The position numbers were made by a program, and so were the translations under genes. The notes under the pieces are model-generated. The model was not told where the DNA came from, did not search any database, and saw only the letters and a program-made list of their open reading frames with translations. A stretch of 63,971 bases of DNA, counting the filler, from Octopus bimaculoides (Eukaryota): the NCBI RefSeq assembly GCF_001194135.2. It is 4 parts of 4 records of this genome, joined end to end, with 100 filler letters (N's around TTAATTAATTAA, not from the genome) between each part and the next. Parts side by side here need not be neighbours in the genome. Positions count along the whole stretch, not along the records: positions 1 to 29,512 come from NC_068984.1; 3 more parts are not named here. One strand, written 5' to 3'. This document shows positions 11,975-23,339 of the stretch, piece by piece; positions within the stretch are counted from its first letter, which is position 1; each line of letters starts with the position of its first letter.

Positions 11975-12335
11975 TATGTGACCTGTGGTCAATTCTCTCT
12001 TTTTCACTCCAGCCACTGTGAAGGCGAGACGAACTGTTTTTTCTCCGTCCAGCTTCATCATATCACTAGCGTTCAATATCAGATTCGCATTTGGCCCTAC
12101 AGCTTTTTAATGTTGTTTTCACTGTCCATTTTTTCCTGTCTTGGTTTGTGTTTGCCACCTTGGAATCTTCTGTTTAGTGGGTCGATCCACTACTCAGGAA
12201 GATACTATTCTAGAGTGCATTCTGCCTTATCTTCGAAACGCCTAGTTAGAATAGAGGCAGCTGATGAAGGAATAATTCCAAGTGGCTATCTGTTTTCCTA
12301 TGTGTTTGTTCCGTTGTCTGTAGTTCATTTTTCTA
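11975..12335 (+). mobile_element. Penelope-like pLTR relic with two tandem degenerate hammerheads
   Basis: acta-CTCAGGA..gaagata/tatcttc-GAAA-cgcc-tagt at 12189-12246 and CTGATGA-A-ggaa-taa-ttcc at 12261-12279. Upstream reading LAFNIRFAF resembles PLE ORF ends. Confidence 0.5.
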
Positions 12336-12459
12336 ACGTCCTGTACCCTGATATGCATCTATATACACATGTAGATGTAAGTATGTACATATATGTGTGT
12401 ATACATGCATATATATTCTTTGTATTAAATATATGTATATATATATATATTTCTGTGTA

Positions 12460-12875
12460 GTTAAAAAGCTTGCTTTCCAGCTACATGGTTTTGTGTTCAC
12501 TACTACTGCATAGAACCATTGGCAAGGGTCTTCTATTCTAACCCTGGGCTGACCCAAGCTTTGTGAATGGATTTGGTAGACAGAAACTTAAAACAACCTA
12601 TTTTGTGTGTATGTATGTATGTGTGTGTGTTTGTTAGTGTCTCCTTGACATCATGTGATAGTTATAGATGTGTGTCACCTGCATACAAGCACCGTTCGTC
12701 ATTTCTAATCTCTGTGGAAACATATTTTGCCATGGGGGAAATGTTACCATACTTGGAAACAGGTGAGGGTTGGAAACAAGAAGGGCATTCAGTTATAGAA
12801 AATCAGCCTCAACAAATTCCATATAACTCATGCAAATTTGGAGAAGTGGATGTTAAAGCAATGGTTTACACACAT

Positions 12876-12935
<60 letters not shown>

Positions 12936-13210
12936 ACACATGCTCACATATTTATATATGTGTTTGTGTCTCCTTGTCTTGATATCACATGACAATTGTC
13001 AACAAACATACAAACATTACTATCATAGTAGTGTCTTCCATTTGCAGTCTTCCATGATTGTGTTGTTCATGTTCAAAGGACATGGGGGAATATTACCTTG
13101 CTTGGAAATACGTGTGGGTTAGTGACAAGAATAACATCCAGCTATAGAAGATCTGTTTCAATGAATTTTCATGCAAGCATGAAAAATTGGACATTAAGAT
13201 GATGATTATG
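12460..13210 (+). mobile_element. SINE family A head with RTE-like tail, the tail present twice (about 12640-12860 and 12960-13210)
   Basis: aagcttgctttccagctacatgg...ttgtgaatggatttggtagacagaaact, followed by aagggcattcagttatagaaa...gatgttaaa tails. Confidence 0.7.
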
Positions 13211-13928
13211 AGGAAGAGGTGAAGGAGATTCATTACAGATAACATTAAAAAAAAAAATAAAGGTTTTTAAGTTAAGTGCTGAATGGCTGTCATTAGCTGA
13301 TTTCAGTTTCATGTATTAAGCGATAAGTTTTGAGATTTTTATATAAGTTTAGTGGTTATATAACCCTTTCAAACATTTGTCAACCTGTAAGATGTTGGAG
13401 TTATTTTTTTCTTTTGTTGCATTCTGTGGTATGACCAGATTTTTCATGGTCTTCCAGCCATGTAAGTAGCTCATCATCTGATTTATCCAATCTATACTTT
13501 GTGTAACTAAAGTTTACTATGGTGTATCCTATTCATCCAGTTATGATTGAGCACAAATGATTAGAAAATTTATCATTTGTATATAAGTTTGAAGTGAATG
13601 CAGGGATGCATCACAGGTCGTCAGTATTAAGCTCATTGATATTTATAGTTGTGATAAGGTGGTAAGCTGGCAGAATTGTTAACACACCAGGCAAAACACT
13701 TAGTGGCATTTTGCCCAGCTTTATATTCTGAGTTCTAATTCTGTTGAGGTCAACTTTGCTTTTCATCCAAATGGGGTCAATAAAATAGATGTGAATATCA
13801 GAATGACAAAGGCAATGCATTTAATGAGGTGGAAACAGGACAATGGCTAATTGTAAGAAGTGTTGAAGTGGACTGTATTAAGTATACAATAAGTACTGAT
13901 GCAGTGGTGTGAGAAGGTTATTCATTAA

Positions 13929-14143
13929 CCCTTTAGCAATCAGATTACTCTGTCAAATGTAATGCTTATTTATTCACATTATTTTGAATTAATCATGCAT
14001 TATATTTTAGCATTGAGGTTTTGATGATGTGATTGTTTATTTTTAGAATGGCATTGTAGGGTAGGTGTGATAGGTTGGATCTGGTCAGTTTTAACACAAG
14101 TAGAATGTTTGGGCCAGATATGGCTGGTTTAAATACTAAAGGG
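13929..14143. mobile_element. piggyBac-type MITE (about 215 bp)
   Basis: TTAA|CCCTTTAG ... CTAAAGGG|TTGA: CCC/GGG termini with a TTAA target duplication (one mismatch). Confidence 0.75.
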
Positions 14144-14671
14144 TTGATATGGAAGCAATATTTAAGTGTAAGGTGTGATGGGTGGGAGGGGATAGAAGTA
14201 GTGATGGATGATGTGAAGAGAAATGAGATAAGATGTTTTGAGTCATGCAATGAGGAAGGAAGAAAATTAAAACCACAATAATACTAAGTGCTCATTTCAC
14301 AAATCTTCCATATGTTGAAGTGCCTGGTGTATATTAGTGGAAGCATATATGGCATTTATATCCACCATTCCTTTGTTATTGGATAGTATTTTTGTTCTGG
14401 CTAGTAATAGGACTTATATGTTTTACAGAATGTCAAGGACAGGTCTTATTTGAAGTAAAGTGTCATAATGTTTTTCTCCATATACTGATGAGCTATTACT
14501 GTCTTGTGGAAGTAAATACTGACCCAACTTTAAATACTGTGTTCCTTTATGATACAGGAAGTATATAGTTACCAAAGAGTTCGTTTGTACTCTGGTAGTA
14601 GGTACTCAAGATAGCTTCCTAAAACTCATTATTATATTTACTGGAATGTTACCCATGTTACCCATCATATG

Positions 14672-14910
14672 TGGAGTTGTGTGGCTCAGTGTTTAGAGGG
14701 TGTTGCATTCATAATTGTAAGATTGTGGTTTTGATTCCTAGATTGGGTGATGCATTGTATTCTTGAGCAAAGCACTTCATTTCACATTGCTCCAGCCCAC
14801 TCAGCTAGCAAAAATGAGTAATCCTGTGACAGACTGGCATCCCATTTCAGGATCTGTAATATAAATGCTACAGAATCTGGAAAACTAGCCTTATGAGCCA
14901 ACGATTCCGA
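14672..14910 (+). mobile_element. Degenerate tRNA-headed SINE (fourth family)
   Basis: tggctcagtg A-box, ttttgattcc B-box-like, central ttcttgagcaaagcacttcatttcac...ccactcagc. Confidence 0.55.
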
Positions 14911-15084
14911 AGCAACTTTGATTTTTTTTTTTCTCATTATATGTCAAGTAACTATTAATGCTATCAGAAGATATGGCACACATACAATAATTATTAATCA
15001 ACTTTTATTTTCTTGGTGTTTATACAAAATGAGGAAATGAATACTAATTTAAAAAATATGTTACCTTAAAATAAAATTTATTAG

Positions 15085-15335
15085 TAGCTTGCTTCTCAAC
15101 TACATGGTTTTGGGTTCAGTCCCACTGCGTGACACCTTGGGCAAGTGTCTTCTATAGCCTGGGGCTGCCAGAGCCTTGTGAGTGGATTTGGTAGATGGAG
15201 ATTAAAAGAAGCTAATCATATATATATGTATGTGTTTGTGTTTGCTTGTTCCTCTACACTTTTGACAACCAGTGCTGGTGTATTTACACCTCCGTAACTT
15301 AGCAGTTGGCAAAAGAGACTGATAGAAAGACAAGT
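15085..15335 (+). mobile_element. SINE family A
   Basis: gcttgcttctcaactacatgg...ccttgggcaagtgtcttct...ttgtgagtggatttggtag. Confidence 0.85.
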
Positions 15336-15339
15336 AAGA

Positions 15340-15940
15340 CCATAACTCGTGGCCTTTACCAGGGTGTAGCCAGCCCACTTATGCGTACCTTTCCTTCCTT
15401 GGACACAAAACTCTGCTTGTGAAGACCTGTTGAGGCAAGTGAAATCGAAATTGAATTCGAAATCGAACCAAATTTGACGACCGGCACCCATAACTCGTGG
15501 CCTTTACCAGGGTGTAGCCAGCCCACTTATGCGTACCTTTCCTTCATTGGACACTAAACTCTGCTTGCGAAGACCTGTTGGGGCAAGTGAAATCGAAATT
15601 GAACCAAGTTCGATGACTGGTACCCATGCCAGTAGTGCGCTCACAGCACCATCCGAGCAGGATCACTGCCAGAGCAGCTGTCTGGCTTCCATGTCGGTGG
15701 CATGTAAAAAAACACCATTTGAGCATGGCCATTGCCAGTACTGCTTGACTGGCCCTCGTGCCGGTGGCACATAAAAGTACCCACTACACTCTCGGAGTGG
15801 TTGGCATTAGGAAGGGCATCCAGCTGCAGAAACTCTGCCAGATCAGATTGGAGCCTGGTGCAGCCACCTGGTTCGCCAGTCCTCAGTCAAATCGTCCAAC
15901 CCATGCTAGCATGGAAAGCAGACGTTAAACGATGATGATA
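15340..15940 (+). mobile_element. RTE LINE 3' UTR with internal tandem duplication
   Basis: Its 3' part matches 21719-22030, which follows the RTE RT, and ends gttaaacgatgatgat. Tandem units at 15340-15487 and 15488-15623. Confidence 0.8.
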
Positions 15941-16104
15941 ACATATGATACATGTTTAACATATGATACACAGTATGTCTGCGATAGGATTTCCTCTTAG
16001 ACAAAAGCCATAGTATAATGCCTGTCAGTGATGTTTGACACATAGGTGACTATTTTAATTTAATGCTATTTCAGTTGCATACACCAAGTATATAAATGTA
16101 TACA

Positions 16105-16202
16105 TTGGGTTGGTGCATAATTAACTGTTTTTTATTCTAAATTTTAAATAAAACTGTTGTAAATCATATTATAAAATGGTTGTTAATTTTGCACCAATCC
16201 AA
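16105..16202. mobile_element. 98-bp mariner-derived MITE
   Basis: TIRs ttgggttggtgcataattaa / ttaattttgcaccaatccaa, with TA on the right flank. Confidence 0.7.
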
Positions 16203-16439
16203 TATATATATATATAAATATAAAAGAAAAGAAAATGGAGATTAGGAAATTAATAATTATGGAACCAGTATTTCCTTGGATGCAACCATCCTTTCATGAG
16301 GTTAACATAATTAGATATATATATATATACACGCACATACATACATGTTGTGATGAGTAAATTGTCACCATTTTATAGTTTTAATTTTGTGCATGCACAT
16401 TGTTTGTTTTTGATTTTGTTGGCTACACAGTATAGTAGG

Positions 16440-16980
16440 GTCAGTTGGGCACCTTCTGTAAGTAAAAACAACACCATGATGTAATTCATGTTGCAAGAAA
16501 TTTGGAAACAGCATGCTGTGCTGCTTGGCATTTGTGCCGCAAGCTCCAATTCGAACAGATGGTGAACACAGAAAAACCGTTGGCTTGCCGTGTTCCCAAA
16601 ACATGTACTGAGAGTGATAAAAATTAAACATCCTGTCAACATCATGGTGTTTGGAGTAATCACTAGTGATGGCGATGTTATACCTCCATTCATCTATCCA
16701 CACAGCCTCAGACTCAGTATGAAGGGCTACATCAAATGCCTGCTCTGAGTCAAGAGGGTGGCTGCTGGAAGATCCTATGTTTGGCAACAGGATTCTGCAC
16801 CATGTCACACAAGCAGGAGAACCCAGTCATGGCTGTCAGACAATTTCTGCAACCACATCACCCCTAACATCTGGCCACCTAACTCCCCAGACTGCAACCC
16901 CCTTGATTATTATGTGTGGGGTACAGTTGAGTGAGAGACCAACAAACTCCTTGTAACACCAAAGATGAACTGAAGGCATT
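16440..16980 (+). mobile_element. Tc1/mariner-superfamily DD37D (maT-type) transposase remnant
   Basis: Translation WQQDSAPCH...WPPNSPDCNPLDYYVWG. Catalytic D codons at 16791 and 16905 are separated by 37 residues. Internal stops. Confidence 0.85.
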
Positions 16981-17224
16981 GACCATGACAATGACTTGAC
17001 TCAACAGGATATTTTTATGTAATTTTGGTAAATATATCTGTTAAAATGAAATGTCAGTGTTATTTTCATTTTTACATAATTTAGACATTATATCCACTGC
17101 ATCCTGTATATATATATAAAGTTTATTGAAACTCAAGTCATAAAATAATTCAGTTTTAGTAAACCATATGCTCTACAATATGTATTAAGCACTCATCTGT
17201 CATTTGCCCAGCACACTTGAATGT

Positions 17225-18625
17225 TTGCTTAAGAAGCCTGCTTCCCAACCACATGGTTCCAGGTTCAGTCTCACAGTGTTGCACCTTGGACAGGTGTCTT
17301 CTATTGTAGCCTTGGATTGAGCAAAACCTTGTGAGTGGATTTGGTAGACAGAAAATGAAATAAAGCCCATCATATATATATTGGGTTGGCAAGAAAGTAA
17401 TTTTGGTTTTTTAGTGTGAAATACAAAGAACGAACTTTAACCAATTATATATTTTCTATTTTGTTCGATGACCTTTTGCCATCTTTCCGGCAACTTCGTG
17501 ATTCTACACTCATAAAACGTCTGGTCCTTATCAGCCAAAAACTGAAGCAAGTGTGATTTCGCCATTATTGAAAGTTTTACCATTCAAAGAATTTTGTAAA
17601 CTTCAAAATAAATGGTAATCTGATGGTGCAAGGTCAGGGCTATATGGTGGATGTGACATCACTTCCCAACCAAGCTCCAGTAGTTTTTCATGAGTTAGCA
17701 GAGACATGTGTGGTCTAGCATTGTCATGGTGGAACATAATTCCTTTATGATATGCCAATTCTGGCCATTTTTCTTTGATTGCTTCCTCCAGTTTCAATAG
17801 TTGTTGATAGTAAACATCTGGATTGATCATTTGGTTCCTTGAAAGCAGCTCAAAATACACAACACCTTTGTAATCCCACCAAATTGACAGCATGTGGTTT
17901 GTGCTTGTTCATTACGCTTGGACTATGATTGTTTTCAATTGATGTTGTTGTAGACAATCCATTTTTCATCACCAGTGATGACTCGTTTCAAAAAAGGTTG
18001 ATTTCATTGCATTTGAGATGCATATTGCAAATGTTGATTTGTTGTGTTAAGTGAATCTCTTTCAATTTATGTGGAACCCCAAATATCATGCTTCTTAATG
18101 AGTCCAAGGCATTTTAAGTGATTTTCAATTGTTGAGTGTGATACATTAACTTCTCTGCAATCTCTTGCACAGTTATATGACAATCAGATTCAATTATGGC
18201 TTTGATTTGGTCATCATCAACTTCAGTAGGTTGATCTGAACGTTGGTCATCTTTGAGTGAAAAATCTCCAGAACAGAATTTTTAAAACCATTTCTGACAA
18301 AAATCATTCAAAAAAATTGTAACTGTATCTATTTGTGAAAAACGAAACTACTTTCTTGCCAATCCAATATCTGTGTGTGTGTGTGTCTGTGTGTTTGTGT
18401 CCCCGTGTCCTTGTGTTTGTGTTTGTGTTTGTCCCCCACCACTGCTTTACAACTGGTGTTGGTGTGTTTATGTCCCCCGTAACTTAATGGTTTTGCAAAA
18501 TAGACAGAAATAATGTGCCAGGCTTAACAAAAAATAATTACTGGGGTCAGTTCATTTGACTAAAAATTCTTCAAGGTGGTGCCCCAGCATAGCCGTAGTC
18601 TAATGACTGAAACAAGTAAAAGATA
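17225..18625 (+). mobile_element. SINE family A split by a mariner insertion
   Basis: 5' half at 17225-17380 ends in (TA)n. The 3' half (TG tract, tttgtcccc...gactgaaacaagtaaaag) resumes at about 18369. Confidence 0.8.
17381..18367 (-). mobile_element. Internally deleted mariner (DD34D) element
   Basis: TIRs ttgggttggcaagaaagta / tactttcttgccaatccaa, TA on both flanks. Transposase motifs VPHKL, ITGDEKW, HDNARPH and YSPDLAPSD with D34D spacing. Confidence 0.92.
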
Positions 18626-18644
18626 CATTATATATATATATGCG

Positions 18645-18985
18645 TGTGGTAAGAAGCTTGCTTCCCAACCACATGGTTCCGGGTTCAGTCTCACTGTGTG
18701 GCACCTTGGGTGAGTGTCTTTTACTATAGCTTTGGGCCGACCAAAGCCTTGTGAGTGGATTTGGTAGATGGAAACTGAAAGAAGCCCATCATATATACAT
18801 TTGTGTGTCTGTGTTTGTCCTCCACCATTGCTTGACAACTGATCTTGGTGTGTTTACATCCCCGTAACTTACCGATAAAATAAGTACTAGGCTTACAAAG
18901 AATGAGTCCCAAGGTTGATTTGTTCTACTAAAGGCAATGCTCCAACATGACCACAGTCAAATGATTGAAACAAGTAAAAGATTAA
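18645..18985 (+). mobile_element. SINE family A, near full length
   Basis: Colinear with 43713-44130 and 62676-63110. Confidence 0.9.
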
Positions 18986-19384
18986 AAGAATATATCAGAA
19001 CTTGTCCTAATTAATTGTCATGAACAAAAATTGATGTCGGTGCCACATACAGGGTTTATTTGTAATGGTTTACAAGAGAGGGAAAAGAAATGTAAACAAT
19101 GGATAAATGAGTTATGGACTTAATGGTCCTTGGGTACCTCTTGTTGAAATATCGGACTTGACATTGAACATATGATTCTGCTGCTTGTATTTTTCATTTA
19201 CTGCTGCTTCAGTTTTTCAAAAGTATTTAAAATTGTAAGTTGCTATTACTGTATATGAAGTGCTACTATCCATTTATTTAAGAGTAAAATGTTGTAGAAA
19301 AGAGAATAAGAATAATGTGGAAGAAATTTTCAGAAAGAAAGAATTCAAACAATTCTTATTTCATCAATTGTTGGTTGAGGAACA

Positions 19385-20740
19385 ATAGAGAGAATCCCTT
19401 TGTTGCTAGCAGCTGTAACAACTACTTGAACTCTTCTCTTCCTGTTCTCTGTTTGGCTCCTATGCTTTTGGAACATGCTCCTCCTGTGCTGATTAGGTCA
19501 CTTACATAAAGGAAGCTATCAACTATTTCTGGACAGTCATCTCTGCTTTTGAAAGAATTGGTTTTATGGATGTACTTGTTATTAATTATTCCTACATATC
19601 TTCTGCATACAAAATATTTCTGTGTGAGTCTAAATGTGGTCTTATTCTGCACCCATAGTTGATAATGGGTGTCTTTATGGTATTTCTATATATTGAACCT
19701 AATAGCAGTAGAGTCTTGTATTCTTTCCTGCTAATTGAATTCTAGGTTTCCATGTTAGGAATTTCTTCTCTGATTTTTTGACAGTTTCACCTTTAAGAAC
19801 TATACCACTGGCATGCAGGAGTTCTTGGGAACAGTCAGTCTTGAACACTTCTGTTATGGCCTGGAGGACTATACTAAATGAGAAGAGGTTGAGACCTGAA
19901 CATTGATAGACCCTTACCTGCATGCTATATTCCTCCCTAAACTCATTTTACTGTTCTTTCTCTTTGCTGACAGTATCTCTGTACATGAGTATATGGCATT
20001 CACAAGCTACTTATCTACAACTAGTTTTCTTAACCCATTTAATACCAACCTGCCTCATTGCTCCTGGTTCTACCATACAAACTTCCTGTTTTAAAGTGAT
20101 CTAACTTAAAATCCTTTTGTTTCAAAAGCCAGTTTAATAATGAGCATGTTATTTTACTAAATTCTTCATTATTTTAAAAATTAATTACAACAAAGGCCAT
20201 GTATTTCAAAACGGATATGGGAACGAAAGGGTTAATCAACACTGGACTGCAGAATGTAGTTTGCTGTCAGAGACTGTCTCCAGGTCATCAAATGTTGCAT
20301 AGAATGGCTTTTTGTTCCCTTCCAGACACAAACCCAAACTGTGTCTTGTCTAAACTGATCTCCTTTCTAATTAGTTGTGCTAGAATTCTTTTTGTTATTT
20401 TTCCTTATCTGGCCTATCAGTTTGGTGTGCCTGTCATTGCTCCTTTCACAAAAAAATTTCTTTTTCTTGTATCAGTTGATAAAAATATTTTGCCAGTTAT
20501 TGGCAAAATATTTGAGGTACTGAATTGACTATGAGTAATGAATTTGTTCCTACTTTGCTAGATATTTTCAGTGTCTCAGTGGCTTTCACTGATGGACCAG
20601 CTATTTTCTCTGACTTCATTTCAACAATATAACTATTTCAGTAACTGGTCTTTTGGTTGGATCCCATTTCAGTTCCTGGTTCCCCTCTTGAGTCTAATTG
20701 AGATCATCTATATCTCTTTCTCACTTATTCCCCTCTTCTT
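19385..20740 (-). mobile_element. Decayed RTE-clade LINE reverse transcriptase
   Basis: Remnants AGPS..ETLKIS, LRKLVVD, IVLQAITEVFKTDCSQELLHASG (degenerate YADD), VDSFLYVSDLISTGGAC, LLATKGFSL. Confidence 0.8.
20034..20231. mobile_element. piggyBac-type MITE nested in the RTE fragment
   Basis: TTAA (20030-33)|CCCATTT ... AAAGGG|TTAA (20232-35). The RTE reading resumes on both sides. Confidence 0.75.
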
Positions 20741-20940
20741 GTAGCAATTCTATACTACTTTTCTCACAATAAGAATGAAGGCTATTGTTACATAAACACT
20801 TCTCACAAACATCCTAATGCATACTGATGCACAGCTTTTCAAGCCAGAACACTTCATGTCTCTGAGCTTCAGATTACAGAATGTTGGCAGACCTCTTACT
20901 GAATACATTTTTCTCTACCTCTCTCTCTCCCCTCTCTCTA

Positions 20941-22030
20941 GGACTGTAAACAAACAGGAAACAACTTCTATCTCATTCCAGGGTGAAAAACTAGAGGTAG
21001 TTGATAGCTTCCGCTATCTGGGCAACCAAGTTAGTAGTGGAGGTGGGTGCGCTGAAAGTGTAGCTGCTAGAATAAGAATAGCCTGGGCAAAGTTTAGAGA
21101 GCTCTTACCCCTGCTGGTGACAAAGGGACTCTCACTCAGAGTAAAAGGCAGACTGTATGACGCATGCGTACGAACAGCCATGCTACATGGCAGTGAAACA
21201 TGGGCTGTAACTGCTGAGGACATACGTAAGCTCGCAAGGAANNNNNNNNNNNNNNNNNNNNNNNNNNNNNNNNNNNNNNNNNNNNNNNNNNNNNNNNNNN
21301 NNNNNNNNNNNNNNNNNNNNNNNNNNNNNNNNNNNNNNNNNNNNNNNNNNNNNNNNNNNNNNNNNNNNNNNNNNNNNNNNNNNNNNNNNNNNNNNNNNNN
21401 NNNNNNNNNNNNNNNNNNNNNNNNNNNNNNNNNNNNNNNNNNNNNNNNNNNNNNNNNNNNNNNNNNNNNNNNNNNNNNNNNNNNNNNNNNNNNNNNNNNN
21501 NNNNNNNNNNNNNNNNNNNNNNNNNNNNNNNNNNNNNNNNNNNNNNNNNNNNNNNNNNNNNNNNNNNNNNNNNNNNNNNNNNNNNNNNNNNNNNNNNNNN
21601 NNNNNNNNNNNNNNNNNNNNNNNNNNNNNNNNNNNNNNNNNNNNNNNNNNNNNNNNNNNNNNNNNNNNNNNNNNNNNNNNNNNNNNNNNNNNNNNNNNNN
21701 NNNNNNNNNNNNNNNNNTTGCCAGTACCGCCTGACTGGCTCCCGTAGGATTTTCGAGTGAGATCGTTGCCAGTGCCCCTGGACTGGCTTGTGCGGGTGGC
21801 ACATAAAAGACACCATTTCGAGCGTGGCCGTTTTCGTGTGGGTGACACGTAAAATCACCCACTACACTCTCTGAGTGGTTGGTGTTAGGAAGGGCATCCA
21901 GCTGTAGAAACTCTGCCAAATTAGATTGGAGCCTGGTGTTGCCATCCAGTTTCACCAGTCCTCAGTCAAATCGTCCAACCCATGCTAGCATGGAAAGCGG
22001 ACGTTAAACAATGATGATGATGATGATGAT
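20941..22030 (+). mobile_element. 5'-truncated RTE-clade LINE (RT C-terminus, gap, 3' UTR, (GAT)n tail)
   Basis: Open frame EKLEVVDSFRYLG..GGGCAESVAARIRIAWAKFRELLPLLVTKGLSLRVKGRLYDACVRTAMLHGSETW is typical RTE. Comparatively young copy. Confidence 0.9.
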
Positions 22031-22659
22031 ATATATATATATATATACATATATACATATGAATATTTATTGCCAAACTAAGGTGGCAATCCAGAGAAAT
22101 AGGACAAATGCTGCTGTTGATTAGCATACTTTCCCATAAACTGAGTGTATGTTTCGAGTTGCTTCGGCTGCAGTGTTTCCTTTTTTGTACTCATAAAGCA
22201 TTATATGTCTCAAATGCTCTTTGGATACTTCCATGTTAGAAAGCGTTTTAATCAAAGAAATTTTAATTCTATTCTGTAAAATAATATTATAACTCTACAC
22301 GTTCTCTTTCGGGAGGACGTCTTGTGTCTTTGTGATATGGAAAGATGGTTCATCAGGAAAAGCAGCTTAGACCCTGCTACATGTCTAAATTCAAGAACTG
22401 AACTTTTTGGATCATCTCCACATGTGGTTATATATTTGTTACGTTTTTGGTCCCCCCCCCCCAAGATCACAGAGAGAACTTGCTTTTTATATTGTGTCCA
22501 CGTACAAGCTTTTTATCTCTCTATACTTTTTATAAATATTTCTTATATATTTTTTTACATATTTATAGAGATGTATTTTTATATTTTTATTGCTTTATAT
22601 ATTTTTACACATTTTTTCTGTATTTTACCTTTCACTCTGCATTTTTCTTGTGCATATGT

Positions 22660-23250
22660 GTATATAGAGGTGTATATGAACTCTTTTGTGCGCGTGTGTG
22701 TGTATGCATGTGTGCAGGTATGTATACATGTATATGTACATGTGTATGGTTGCAGATATACGTGAGTGTACATGCGAGTGTTCCACGCGAGTGTGAGTGA
22801 GCATATGCATGCATAGCATGTATTTTAGATGTGCATTTGAATATAACTGTGCGCGTATGGGTATGTTTATGCATGTGTGTGCATGCGTGTGCGCGGATAT
22901 ACATATGTATACTTGTGTGTGAGTGTCTGCATGTGTGCGGTTATGTATATATGTACATGTTTATGGTTGCATATATATGTGGGTGTACATGCATGTATTC
23001 CACGCGTGTGTGAGTAAGCATATAATGTGTGTATTTTAAAACATGTATTTGAATATAACTGTGTGTGTATGGGAATGTGCACATGTGTGTGGATATGTAT
23101 ACATGTACATGCATGGTTGCATATGTACATTTTTTGGTGTATGTGCAGGTGTGCATGTGTGTGTTACAAGCTAGTGTGGATAAGCATATGCATATAGGCA
23201 CATGTACGTGGGTGTGCATGCGCACATGTGTATGTATGTACATACGTGCA
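22660..23250. repeat. Degenerate tandem repeat (about 215-bp period) in TG/TA-rich sequence
   Basis: ggttgca..ttccacgcg..tgtattt..gtatttgaatataactgtg recurs at about 22750 and 22965, with a partial copy at about 23115. Confidence 0.6.
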
Positions 23251-23339
23251 TACGCGATTGCTATTAGCATTTTTACTCCTTTACTTTTTACTTCCTCCCT
23301 TTCGTTTTTTCCCCTTATTTAATGGTCATTCTAATAGCT

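Noticed and set aside
21930-21970. Minus-strand CTGAGGA-CTGGT-GAAA in the RTE 3' UTR (similar near 15880) as a hammerhead
   Set aside because: Only 5 nt between the core halves, so no stem II. No stem I pairing, and the second copy has GAAC.
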